From NCBI RefSeq assembly GCF_009914755.1, contig NC_060940.1: DNA of 64,000 nucleotides; one strand, written 5' to 3'. The number at the start of each line of letters is the position of its first letter. The stretch's first letter is position 1. Below the pieces are notes generated by a model, which saw nothing but the letters and a program-made list of their open reading frames with translations, searched no databases and was not told where the DNA came from. A program made the position numbers and the translations under genes. The DNA is from the human T2T-CHM13v2.0 reference genome, Homo sapiens. This document shows positions 1 to 17,939 of the stretch, piece by piece.

Positions 1-1090
1 ACTGAGAGAGAGTAGCTTATATGTAGCACACTGAAAGGAATAGTCCCCAAATCTCTAAGGATCAAACTTTACTGATATTGTATCTCTTAGAAATGGGGTG
101 TTATATGGGTAACTAAGTTTTTGCTCCATTACGAAACCCAGAATCCTTTCTGATCTTGATCTAATGAAATTATTTATTCAGCAAATGTTAAGTATTTGCT
201 AATCCTAGATTCTGTAATTGGTTCTTTGGTTAAGACAAAACAAAAACCTTGTACCTCAGAAACTTTAAATGCACCCAGGAAGCAACACAGAGAATATAGG
301 TGCTATGAGAGATATACACCTAGGATGGCGTGGATGCAACCCAGCAAGGGAAAGGGACCAAGTCACAGTAGGCTGTGAAGAAAAAGTGCCCAAACTGAGG
401 GCTGAAGGATGAAACGTAGTTAGCAGATGACTGATACAGGGAAGGGAAAGTGCTTTTCTGCTAGAAAAGCAGCAGCATATGTGAGGGTCTAGGTGGAGAA
501 AGAGCATGACCCTCCAGGACCTGCAGGTGTATCTGAATGGTTGGGTATTGAGTTGTGAACAAGAGCTGGGGCAAGAGTGAGGTTTGTGAAAACAGGGTCA
601 GGGCATACAAGGGTTTGTGTGCTGTGGACTTTAACCCAAAGGCTAATGGGAGTTTTTGGAGGTTTTTAAGTAGGAGAGTAGCATGATCAGATGATCAGCC
701 TCCATGTCTTGAGAGGATACTGAGAGAGGAAGAATATGTTTAAGGAAGGGTGCAGGAGAGCAGTATGTAATGAGTTTAGCTTGATAAATACTAGATTTTA
801 GTTACTTAAAAGATATTCATATGGAGATATTCAGAAATGGTGTGAAACTTAAGAGGAGCTAGAGCTGCCGTTTTAGGAATCATCACCTCGTGATATTAAC
901 TGAGCTCGGACTGGCCACAATAGCTCAGAGAGAGTGTAGAGAGAGCTGAAGGTAAAACTGGGAAACGCCAACATATGAGATGAGGAGTGGCCAGAAAAGG
1001 CAGGAGAGCACCCAAGTGTGACTGGTGTCACCGAAGCCAAGATGGGAATACATTTCAAGAAGAATGGACACATTTAAACAGAAAGATAAG

Positions 1091-1093
<3 letters not shown>

Positions 1094-1135
<42 letters not shown>

Positions 1136-1148
1136 TCTCTCTCTCTCT
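1094..1148. repeat. (AC)20 plus (CT)n microsatellite
   Basis: Read directly. Confidence 0.95.
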
Positions 1149-2371
1149 GCCCCCTGGTGACCTTTTCCAGAGGAGTTTGCCTCCAGTGGGCAAGTGACAG
1201 GAAAGTTGTAGGACTGAGCAGGCAAGGAAAGAGACAACTAGAGGGGTCATCTCTGAACTGAGGAAATATGGCCAGGGACAAATAAAAGTAATGAATAGAG
1301 TGAGGTCCCTGCAGAGTAGAATTGGAGCCAGAGCACAGGTGGAGAAGTTGCCTGGGGATGTTACCTAAAGTGTAGGACACAGAGATGGCTGACTGTTCCA
1401 ATTAATCTGTAGGTGGGGAAAAGGTAACTTAGAAGTACCTCCATCTGCTAGCCACTGCCTTTGCTAACTAGGAGAGGGCTTGGTCATCTCCATTCAAATT
1501 GTCCCAAAGTTGTTGTCCCTGATAACAGTCTGTAGAGCAGGCCTTCTCTGATTGTTCCCCCCCGAGAGCCCCAAATGACAGAAAACACAAAAAGCCAGTC
1601 AACCCATGGCTTTGAGGAGGTATCTAAGCATAGGCTCAGAATTCCTTTGAAATCCCTATTTTTGTAATTAAGTTTACATTCTACTCTGTGGCATATAGAT
1701 GTTTTCATTTTTAATATAAAATAAATGGTCTAAATTACTCTTGAGGATCATTGGTGTTTCGGGGCAGGCATATCTTTTTTTTTCCCCCTGTGGTTCTCTG
1801 CACTCCCTAGAACACCACTTTGATCCAAAGCCATCTATAAACCCTTGCCCAGATTGCTCACAGGAGGCAGGCTGCCTGTCTGAAGTAGGAGTGTGGTCTG
1901 TTGCCTTTTGAAGCAGAGCAAATATCCAACACAGAAGAGAGTTAACCTAGAATAGTTGTCTCAGTATCTCCTACAAATGAGAACTTTTTTCTTCCTAAGT
2001 ATATCTGATCTTGCCCTACCCCCATTGAACCTGTTCCTACTTTCTTTCTAATAACTGCTTTTCTAAATTACCAGGGTTTTGCAGTTTGCTATTTGGGTTA
2101 TTCCTTCCTGCCTGTGGTTATCTGCAAACATACATAAACCTTTCTCAGCTAGACAGTTTACCTTTCCCACGCTACACATCCATTTTAAAAATGTAAAATT
2201 GCACTTCTTGACATCACAGTTAAGAATGAAACTGATTTTTACTTTGTAAAAGTATTAAGCGAATGAGCTATATCATCAGCAATAATAACATAATTGGTCA
2301 TCCATTGCATAGAGATGTCTGTGGGGGTTTCCTGAAAATTACCACTTTCTCTTAAGTGTGTGCTATTTTAA

Positions 2372-5165
<2,794 letters not shown>

Positions 5166-6180
5166 ACTAGAGTGTGAGCCCCGTCCTCAAGTTGCTTAGA
5201 GCTTAACACAGGAGACACAAGTGGAAACCGCTGTATATAAGCTGTTGACAGGGAGCTGCATGGTGCAGAAAAGAGGAAACTACCTCTCTGGCAGTGGAAT
5301 TGCTGTTTGCTGAGAATAAAGGAAAAAAAATGGAAAAGGTTCCAGGTAGAGGAGCCAATAGTGTACAGAGTGCCAGTCATGAAAAGATTGGTAGGAGGTA
5401 TTCAGTGTGGTCAGAACCTAGGAGGCAGTGGCTTGAGACTCTGGGTGGAAAAGGAGACTGTGAGAGCCATGTCTGGAGCCAGGAAGCCAAACTTCCTGAT
5501 GACTGGAAGAAGCTGACCAAACAGCATGCAAGGAATGACATCCCCCTCTCCCACCCCAGGCACCAGCTCTCAGATAGCCATCAGAGTGTCTGAAGGCCCC
5601 CACGTGTTCTTAGTTATTGTTTTTATCTAATTTTACTTTCTTAAGGTCTATTTAGAATCTCACCCTTTAAGCAGATGTAGCCTAGCCTTTGAGAGTTCAC
5701 TTTGGATCATCTTATTAACTCCAGTTTTCTGGAGCTACAGTCCCCATGATTTAATATTGAGCTGGTGTTAACTTTGACCTTTTCTTCTGTAGAGTTTGTC
5801 AGTAGAGAAGTCAGAGTTGAACACTGGGGTTAGAAATATTAATAACTAAATATCCTCAGTAGGGCTTAAAAGAATACATGCAAGAGCAGGTCAAGAGATA
5901 AAAGCAAACAAGTATGGATTTCAGAGCCCACACTGCTTTATTATTTTTCTGCTCACTTAAATTATCTTTTCTCTTTCTATAGGCAAGTATTTAGAAAACT
6001 TAGCAATGAGGAGAATAAGATGATCTCTGAAGTCTCTCCATGTTAGTATTAGATGAAGCACAGGGAGCAATCCGAGTACCCTAGCAAGAGAGGAATCTGG
6101 TGGGCAGACCACTTAAAACTTGTGTGAATGACAGGAGTGGGGACCATGGTTAGGGCAGTGACACTTGTCTTTCTTTCCAG

Positions 6181-6306
6181 GTGTTTGCACTTGTGACAGC
6201 AGTATGCTGTCTTGCCGACGGGGCCCTTATTTACCGGAAGCTTCTGTTCAATCCCAGCGGTCCTTACCAGAAAAAGCCTGTGCATGAAAAAAAAGAAGTT
6301 TTGTAA
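6181..6306 (+). CDS. CKLF: CKLF last coding exon (VFALVTAVCCLADGALIYRKLLFNPSGPYQKKPVHEKKEVL*)
   Basis: ctttctttccag|GTG acceptor, in frame with previous exon, TAA at 6304-6306; recognised CKLF C-terminus. Confidence 0.95.
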   Translation: MFALVTAVCCLADGALIYRKLLFNPSGPYQKKPVHEKKEVL

Positions 6307-6337
6307 TTTTATATTACTTTTTAGTTTGATACTAAGT

Positions 6338-6343
6338 ATTAAA
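6338..6343 (+). terminator. CKLF: CKLF polyadenylation signal ATTAAA
   Basis: ATTAAA about 30 nt after the stop, U-rich flanks; implies a very short 3'UTR. Confidence 0.7.
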
Positions 6344-6419
6344 CATATTTCTGTATTCTTCCACATATTTTCTGCAGTTATTTTAACTCAGTATAGGAGC
6401 TAGAGGAAGAGATTTCCGA

Positions 6420-7300
6420 AGTCTGCACCCCGCGCAGAGCACTACTGTAACTTCCAAGGGAGCGCTGGGAGCAGCGGGATCGGGTTTTCCGGCACCCGGG
6501 CCTGGGTGGCAGGGAAGAATGTGCCGGGATCCGCCTCAGGGATCTTTGAATCTCTTTACTGCCTGGCTGGCCGGCAGCTCCGAGGTGTGGGGTTGCAGAG
6601 ATTTTGAGTTCTCGGGCTAGGCGGTGGCATTGCACCCCCTGTGGCAATGAGGGTGGCTGAAGGGCTCGGCTTGTCGGTGGGGCAGCGAGAGCCGGGTGCA
6701 CGCGCCGGGGAGGTAGCCAACAGCCGTTGGGACGCGACGCTGGTTCCCAGGGGAGAGCCAGCCGCTGCCGCGGCACTGGTTCAGACGGCCAGGCCCTAGG
6801 GACCCACCATGGATCCTGAACACGCCAAACCTGAGTCATCCGAGGCACCTTCAGGGAACTTGAAACAACCGGAGACTGCCGCAGCCCTGGCAAGTAGCGG
6901 CAGCGTAGTGAGTTCTGTACCCAAGGCACAGCGCAACATCTCAGCGAAGACCGCACCCCGGAAGCACCCCGCAGTCTCAATTCGCAGTGCGCAGTCCGCA
7001 GCCGCCGCACGTCCCCAAGGCAGTGAGGGCACCGCACCCTCAAGGAAAGCCACCACACGCCCACCCCCAAAGCCCACACTCCCACCCCCCACGCCCTCTG
7101 CACACACTGAATCCAAACTCTTAAATGAGATGGCGATCAAAGAGCGCGTGGAGGGCCGAGCCAAAGTCCCGTACAAATTCAGGGACAGCCTCAAACGTTT
7201 CTCCTTCTCGCCCACTGGAATGTTGAAGATCCTGAGACTGGTGAGCGGAGAGCTGGTGAGACCTAGCTGGGCGGATGTGGCCGGCAGTGGCCTCGGGGAA
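6420..7300. promoter_or_regulatory. CMTM1: CpG-rich promoter and exon 1 of CMTM1
   Basis: Abrupt rise in GC and CpG directly after the CKLF poly(A) signal. Confidence 0.75.
6809..7240 (+). CDS. CMTM1: CMTM1 coding exon 1, long form (144 codons, MDPEHAK...GMLKILRL); short form ends at 6889 via a GC donor
   Basis: CCACCATGG Kozak; CTG|gtgagc donor at 7241. With exons 2-4 gives 286 aa, or 169 aa using CTG|gcaagt at 6890. Confidence 0.92.
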
Positions 7301-7441
7301 ATGCCCACGGGGTGCCAGCTCCAGAAACCTTCCATAATTCACTTTGCCACTCACCTTTGTTTTGCCTCACCTTTCCTCCCCACCACCCCCTGCTCCCCAC
7401 ACACTAAACCTTTCCTACTAAACTTGCCTCTTTTTTTCCCT

Positions 7442-7873
7442 ATTTTTTCTTTTTTTTTTTTTTTTATTATACTTTAACTTACGGGGTACATGTGTAGAAC
7501 GTGCAGTTTTGTTACATAGGTATATACGCGCCATGGTGGTTTGCTGCACCCATCAACTCGTCACCTACATTAGGTATTTCTCCTAATGCTATCCCTCCCC
7601 TAGTCCCCCACTCCCTACAGGCCCCAGTGTGTGATGTTCCCCTCCCTGTGTCCATGTGTTCTCGTTGTTCAACTCTCACTTATGAGTGAGAACATGCAGT
7701 GTTTGGTTTTCTGTTCTTGCGTTAGTTTGCTGAGAATAATGGTTTCCAGCTTCATCCATGTCCCCGCAAAGGACATGAACTCATCCTTTTTTATGGCTGC
7801 ATAGTATTCCATGGTGTATATGTGCCACATTTTCTTTATCCAGTCTATCATTGATGGACATTTGGGTTGGTTC
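7442..7873 (-). mobile_element. 5'-truncated L1PA 3' end
   Basis: Poly(T) head, L1 3'UTR consensus, ORF2 C-terminus WIKKMWHIYTMEYYAAIKKDEFMSFAGTWMKLE. Confidence 0.92.
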
Positions 7874-7889
7874 AGTTTCCTCTCACAAA

Positions 7890-10130
<2,241 letters not shown>

Positions 10131-10230
10131 AATACAGGCCACTGTACTGTGATATAATCAGATTTACATTCTGACAATGTAGATTTTTTTAAATCATGCA
10201 TTAAAACAAATCCTGTTTCTTTTATTGCAG

Positions 10231-10389
10231 AGTCTTATCTTAGGAGCATTAGCTTGTTTCATCATCACCCAAGCCAATGAGTCATTTATAACAATCACAA
10301 GTCTGGAAATCTGCATTGTCGTTTTTTTTATTCTAATATATGTGCTAACCCTTCACCACTTGCTGACCTATTTACATTGGCCCTTACTT
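10231..10389 (+). CDS. CMTM1: CMTM1 exon 2 (SLILGALACF...LHWPLL)
   Basis: ttttattgcag|AGT, CTT|gtaagt; 159 nt phase 0-0; two hydrophobic MARVEL helices ending in the family WP motif. Confidence 0.95.
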
Positions 10390-13300
10390 GTAAGTGTTCA
10401 TTTTTACAATTCTTCAAATCCAAGCTTTGCCCTCAGCCCCAGAGTAAGGGCTCTCCTTAAGTGAAAACAACGGAGCTATCTCTCTAGACAAGGACATAGC
10501 TGAGCTGTGACAGTTAGGGTGTTGCCCTGGTCCAGAAGGATTCCTTGAACCCTTGTGCCTGCAGGACAGCCAACACACCGCTGCTCCAGCCCTGAGTGTA
10601 AAACCCCTCATTATGGCACTAGACACATGGTACTTTTCAGCTTGTCCTAAAAAAATATATATACTTAGTATATAAAGTAGGTAAGCACATTTCTCAGCCA
10701 TTGCTTGTACAACAGTGCATGCTTCTACTTTGCAGAGAGCACTCTGATTATAAACATTCTCCCCAAAAGCAAAAGTTGATATGATGGCATTGTAGAAAAT
10801 TGCCGTGCATACACTTAAAGATTGTAGTCAACCTGTGTGTGTGTGTTAGGGTCCATATCACAAAGAGGTGCCGGACTATCCAGAAAAAGACATTACAGAG
10901 CCTTCTTTAATAGCTTTTCCCAGACTTTCACATTCTTTGCCAACTGAACAATTGCTAAAGCTAACCCCTCAGGTCTCAGACTAGAGAGGCAGTACGGTTT
11001 TGTCCAGAGGCAGCCATAGGCCCAGATTCTGGTCCTGCCACCTTACTAGCTATGTAACCTTTAGCCTCAGTTTCCCCATTTAAGAAATACAGAGAAGGAA
11101 AAGTATGATAATAACTACCTCATAGGGTTCCTGAAACATTTAAATGTGTGCAAAGCCAATAACATAGTATGTGACACAAATTAAATATTCTAATGTCCAA
11201 AAAGAACAGCCACCCATCAGACCCATCAGATAGCTGGGTGGCGTTTGCCATTCTGTCTTGCGCTGTGAACAATCCTAATTCAGAGCTTAGGCCTCTTCCA
11301 CATCCCACTTCCTTATAGAACATTTTTCTAACCTTAAAGTCAGAATGTTCCTTTTGAGCTAAAACTCAAACATTGTCTTCAAATCTGTGAGAGATTTTCT
11401 CAAAGGCTGCTGAGCTCTCTCTGTCCCACAGAATGCCGAGTACAGGAAGCAGACAAAGCAAATATGAGCAACTTTAATTGAACATGTGGAAGACCCTTTT
11501 AGTTATGGAGAGGTTTCTCAGGGGAAACTCAAATCTCTGTCCGTGGAAATTTTCAAGAAGGGAAGGTAAAGTAACCATTTTTGAGCATATACCATGTGCC
11601 AGATACTTTTTCATGTCACCTTATTTAATCCTCACAACAACCCAGTGAGGTTATGGTCACCCCTCACCCCTCATTTAACAGATGAGAAAATTGGATTAAA
11701 GACATTCAGTTGCCAATTGAATTCAATTCAGTAGCCATATGTAGGTGCCAGAAACTCAGATATGCACCCAGGTCTATCTGACTCTAAAGCCCAGACTCTT
11801 TGCAGACTTTACAACCTATTATCTTGTGATGGTTTTCTATCTCCATTCTCCATTAAGGTAAGAAACTCAGTGAAACTATGTCTTTATGTCCTCCTCAGCT
11901 TCTCTAAATTTTATCTCTGTATCTTGTTTCCTCATGCTTTTCTTAAAATACAGCACCAAAGGTGAATTGGTTATCCTGGTGGGTGTACACAGGCCCTTGG
12001 GGGTGGGTGACTGATGGCTCCACAGCACCATCAGCTGTGGTCAGGAGGATCAGAGCCCTCTGAGAAATGGACTCATGCAGGCTGGGTCCACACATAAAGC
12101 TGGAGAGGGCCAGGAGACATCATACTTTGCTGTAGGGTTCAGTGGTAATGCCCAAGAAGTATCCCAGACAAAGGTAAGAACTAGGATCTCCTGAGCATGA
12201 ACCGTGAGTGTCCTATGAGAGAACCTGTTCTCACAGTGGTCACAGGAAGTTCAGCCCAGCTCTTGCAGGGTTACAGGCCTTTGGTCAACTCCAATAAAGC
12301 CAGGCCCCCTTGCTGTGTCTGTCTTAAGTGACAGTATCCTCTTTTTTGGGGATGACTGGGAGCCCAGAGGTGATTCGGAGCCCCTGTCCTTTCCTGCTAC
12401 TGTCCTCGAGAGCATGGGCCAGACCTAGCACAGCACAGGATATGCCTTGTGAGCTCCCAGGAGCTTCATGGTGGGGAAACTCTCTGTTACCAAGATGGTT
12501 GCCCAGTTATTCTGATGTTCAGTTCACACTAGCAGGACACATACTGAGCAACCACACAGTTGGTCAGATGGTAAGTGATTTAATTAACTTGGAAGTTTTT
12601 GAAAAAGACTCATCAAAACAGGACCCAAATTGTGTTCTCTTCTCCTATCCAGTCCCTTCCTTTCAAATGTGCTCTTTCAGATTCTGTGAGATGAAGGATG
12701 TGTACCTACACAATTTTTCAGAGGGGCAAGTAGCTACACTGGGAGGCCTTGGCACAGTAGGGAATGTGCTAGTTTTGTGAGGGTATTGGTGCTAGGAGGT
12801 GATGACTTGGCACTTCAGAAGGTAGGCAGGCTTAGAATCAAGCTTCAGGAGTCACTTGGGACCTTATGATAAGGTCAGTGCAGGAAGCCACAGAACACAC
12901 GGTCAATTTCATACTAGAACTGTTTGAGTCGGGCTCTGCACAGCTTCAGAGGCTTGCCCACAGCTGAGAGTGCCCAGCATGCAGCTACCACTTCCTTTCA
13001 GCCCTTCCCTCCAGGCAAGAAGGCTTGGCTCCCAGGAGGTATGGGATTAGGGTAAGGAGTACTGACTTTAAGTGGCGATTTCTAACTTAAAGGCTCATAA
13101 AAGGATAGAGTTCCTTATTTCCCTATTCCGATTATTGTTTGAAAAAGGGGTGAGGGTAAAAGTCTCCACCAGGGAGACAGACTGTGATACATCAGGGCTT
13201 GGACTCAGCAGGGAAGCCCCAAAGAGAACTTACTGCAGATACAGGTGACCTGCTCAGATCTGTGGGCTCTGGGACCATATTTTGTCAAGGCCGCCTCCTC

Positions 13301-13970
13301 TGGACAGAGGATGGACCCATACTCAGTCTCTGAGTTGCAGCTGTGAAGGGTGTGCCAGGGACCCTGACACCATGGGAAAGACACAGGTCCTGCTTTCAAC
13401 CCCTAACCTATGTTAGGGCCTATGAGGTCTCCTCAGATGGGCTCTTGGCGTTCTTGATTCATGTGAACTCACAGAATAAATGTGCCAGCTTCCACAGCAC
13501 TGGTTTTACCTGCAGACTTGAGAGTGGAATTAAATCAGTAAATAAAGTTAATTTAAAATTTAAACCCATTTTTACCAGCATAAGTCTGCATCAAAGCTAG
13601 GAAAAGTACAATTTTCCTCACCCCACACATGCTCTTCATTTTTAGGTTTACCAACTCGCCCCACTCTAGCCTAGTGTCAGGTACCAAGATCGTAAGAAAT
13701 TATGAATTTGAATTATTGTCTTCTAAATAGCTCATATTTTAAACACTTCTACATCATAAAGAATATAATCCAGCATGGTCAGAGAAACTGAGTTCTGGTG
13801 AAGCAGATGTTTTTGCCAACAGAAAGCAATTTTTTAAAAGGAATAAACATTTTAAACTAAAACAAAAAATGAAACCAATGAAAGTTGCAGTTAATTGAAT
13901 ACCAGATAATATTCATTGTATGTAAATTCCTATTACAAATACTACATTTTGTGAAACAAATCATGTTTAA

Positions 13971-14285
<315 letters not shown>

Positions 14286-16409
14286 TAACTTTTTTCCTAA
14301 TATTCAGTGTTTTTTTTTTTTAATAATAAGCACTCACCATTAAGGCATCTTTCTCTTTCCTACTTATAATTCTACATGATTTTAATATCTCAGAGAATAG
14401 TTTGGAAGCTTTATGGAAAAATTGTCAAGAAAAAACACATTTCTCATTTTAGTCAGAGCAGGCTACTTGAGTCAATAAGGTATTTAGCGGAGAAAGAAAA
14501 ATATAACAAGTAAGGATGGTATTTATGAGGAAAGTGGAAGTCCTCCCACACATGGCCAAGCTCAGCTGCAATTTTAACACAGCCATCAGGGATATCTGTC
14601 TCTCTGCCCAGATGAGGCAAATAAGAGAGTCTGTGTCTAAGGCAAAAGGGAGGAGGTTAGCAGGAAGAAGGCTCATGGGCACTCAAATCAGACTGCCCAA
14701 GGTCATAGCCACTTACTGGCTGAACAACCCTGGGCAAGTTGCTTACCCATCTGTAAACTGGGGATAATGAGAGTTTGTTGTGAGAATCAAATGAGATCAC
14801 ATATTAACACACTGGCACAGTAAGTGCTCAATAAATGTGAGCTAGCTACAATAGAAATGTTAGATGCAAGGCAAACCTTAGCTCCAATGGACAGTTCAGG
14901 AGAGCGCTTCTTTGTAAGTAAGGACCACAGTAAACTATAATGTCCATAGTCCAACAAGGAGATAAAATTATGACAGGAAGTCAAAGACTGGCTGGGCCTG
15001 GTCTGTGGTTGGTTTATTATTATCATTAATGATGTGCGTTTGTTCAAATTCTTGTAATCTAAGACCACAGCTGGTTAGTGGTCAGAGAAACTGAGCTCCG
15101 GTTATATAGATATTTTGGCCAACAGAGAGCAATTTTTAAAAAAGAATATTTGACTTTTGAAGTTTATACTCTGCTTCTCAGTTGTAAGAATCCTTGTTCA
15201 CATCTTTGACTACCTTGGTTTATACAATCCTCAGGTGTAAGCTTCCTGCAAAGCTGCAAACCACTGTACCTGCCTCAGTCAGGCCTGCCCACTATGGGCA
15301 GACCTCTCGCTCAGCCTGCAGAACCCAGCTGGGACTTACTTCCAACCTCCACCAGCCCTGCTACATACCCCTGTTCCAGCATTAACTACCAGGCACCAAA
15401 ACAGTAGGCATTAGTGCCTTTCCAAGAGGCAAGTCACATTCCACAAGAGGGCTCCTCGGTCGCCAGCCCCAATAGGAAGAACATCTGGAGTTTGCAGAGA
15501 GTTTACTATCTGTTAACATTTTGAGGGCAGATATGAACCTACATTTTGATGCACTCCCACCAGCTACTAGATGCCAGGCATGTTATCAGATGCTTTCAGA
15601 TTCATTATGCCATTTAATCCTCAGAGCCAATGAACCTCAGTCATTATCCCCATATTACAAATTAGCAAGTTGGCAGATGGGTGATAAAATACGCCCAATC
15701 TAGGAATTGGCAGGCCAAAAGAGTTCATCAACAAAAATACTCAACTGACTGGTACTGTATCATTTTGACCCTCCAGACCCATTCCACAGAAAATGCCAAA
15801 GATGGATTGGATGCTGCACTTCCAGACTGGGAGAATAGCTCATTTCCTCCTTATTTGGGTGTCCCTCATGGGAGGCAATAGTGAGTTGAGTTCTGATTCC
15901 ACCCATTATTCAATCCTAGGCAACTGAAAAACTCCAAGCCTCCACCATGTCCTCTGTAAACTGGGGATGATGGCAATTCTGACTTTGGAGGCTGCTTTGT
16001 GAGGGTTAAATGAGGTTAAATGATGGACTGGGAAATGCTTGACACATCAAAGAGCTCCATTGGAGCCACTGTGATTCCATGATACCATACACTGGATGGC
16101 AGTGCTTCTTGCTGTGTTTGGACGAGTGTGCCAGAAAGGCTGCCATTACCAAGGCAGACCATCAACACTCAAAGACTTGAGCTATTCAGATTAGCTCTCT
16201 GGCCCATATTGTGGTTATGTCCTCTGGGCTTTTGCCCATAGCCATACACTGCTGCCACTGACACACTGTGTACTCGTTCCTCCATTATTGTTTTGCTAAG
16301 GAAACCCAGCCACTGCTCACCCAGGAGGGCACTGCCACGCACTCATCCTCACTATTCATTTCAGCACACAAAGAAGCAGGTTGGGCTAGCAGTTAAAGAA
16401 CTCAGGACT

Positions 16410-16705
<296 letters not shown>

Positions 16706-17398
16706 GAACTCAGGACTGAAATCCAATTGAAACCCAGAAGAAGGAGCACAATGAGCCTGCAGATGTCGGGGCACACCCAATTCTGGCCATGTTTCAGGAA
16801 AGAGCAAAAAACATTCACTCCAGAATATCAGGCCTGCTCCTCAGATGAGTTCATATGCTCTTGGGACACATGAACTCACAGAATAAATGTGGCCCAATTT
16901 CCAGAGCGTTGGCTTTACCTGCAGATTTGGGAGAAGAAGTAAACCAATAATTAAAGTGCTCATCTAAAATTTTATTTTTATATTAAAACAAATGAGTTAT
17001 GGAATAGAATGCAGAATTTACATTAAAAAATATAAGACTTCCCAAAAAAAATCACATTTATGGAGGGCCAATTTGGGATAGGCCCCTTGACCACCAGGTT
17101 TTTTCATGCTCACTTTCCTATTCCCTTTAAGGAAAAAGTTGTTAGCTTTTTTTCTAATGGTATTCTTTAATGAAAATAAACCCGTTTCTACAGACAAAGT
17201 CATATCTAGGATCTTAAAACCACATAAACTCATGTCTCTGGACGATGTAAGAATTATGCCTCTGAAGGTTCCTCCTCATCTTAATCAAATGGAAGGTTTT
17301 TTAAAGGCATCTATTCTTAGATGTGTAATTGACCAGTTTAAATATTTGTGAAATTATATTGTTGTGTAAACTTGATAATTTTCAATTCTTTATTACAG

Positions 17399-17497
17399 GA
17401 TCTTACCAACAGTATCATTACAGCTGTGTTCCTTTCAGTAGTTGCCATCTTGGCCATGCAAGAAAAGAAAAGAAGGCATTTACTCTATGTCGGGGGG
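17399..17497 (+). CDS. CMTM1: CMTM1 exon 3 (DLTNSIITAVFLSVVAILAMQEKKRRHLLYVGG)
   Basis: ttacag|GAT, GGG|gtaagt; 99 nt; paralogous to the CKLF exon at 3417. Confidence 0.95.
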
Positions 17498-17898
17498 GTA
17501 AGTAGAGGCCTTCATGACTCCATTTAAGATCAGTATTCCAAGACTTTGAAAAGGGAAATTGGCAGACCCCATTATATCATTAACCAAGCAAAATCCCCAC
17601 TGCCACCCACTCTCCTTCTTGCACTGACTTCTTCAGGTGATATGAAGTTGCACAAACTCTGAGCTCATGAAAATCTTAATTCTAACATGCATTCTCCAAA
17701 TAGGTACAAAAACAAGAGTCTGCTAAACCCCTTTTGAGAATTGTGGACACTATTTTTGAAATGTTAAGCAAGATCTTTTTGTCTATAAATAGGACTTTGA
17801 TTTTCTGGACTAGAGAATTGTATTTTAAAGACAGATGATAAGAGAGATTGTAAGGGGGGAAAAGTGCACTGTCTAAAGTGAGGAATCCAGCCTATTCA

Positions 17899-17939
17899 GG
17901 AAGGAAGGAAGGAAAGAAGGAAGAAAGGAAGGAAGGAAA
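17899..17939 (+). repeat. Imperfect (GGAA)n microsatellite
   Basis: Read directly. Confidence 0.85.

Noticed and set aside
6378-7335. 241-aa and 179-aa antisense ORFs over CMTM1 exon 1
   Set aside because: GC-rich shadows of real coding sequence, with no domain features.
6809-7477. 222-aa single ORF
   Set aside because: CMTM1 exon 1 read past its donor at 7241 into the intron and an L1 poly(T) head.
10414-10980. Further minus-strand exon candidates (e.g. CVGCPAGT, LAIVQLAKNV)
   Set aside because: Could be the 3' end of the fossil gene, but no frame or motif is convincing, so excluded from its bounds.
12328-12780. 150-aa plus-strand ORF in CMTM1 intron 2
   Set aside because: No recognisable motif or good start; better explained as the antisense shadow of the decayed minus-strand gene.
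17410-17448. Antisense TAVMIL inside CMTM1 exon 3 as the VAVK motif
   Set aside because: Lacks the Lys, sits too close to the alphaC Glu, and is constrained by CMTM coding; probably coincidental.
17899-17939. GGAA repeat as an ETS-fusion enhancer
   Set aside because: Short and interrupted; no supporting context.
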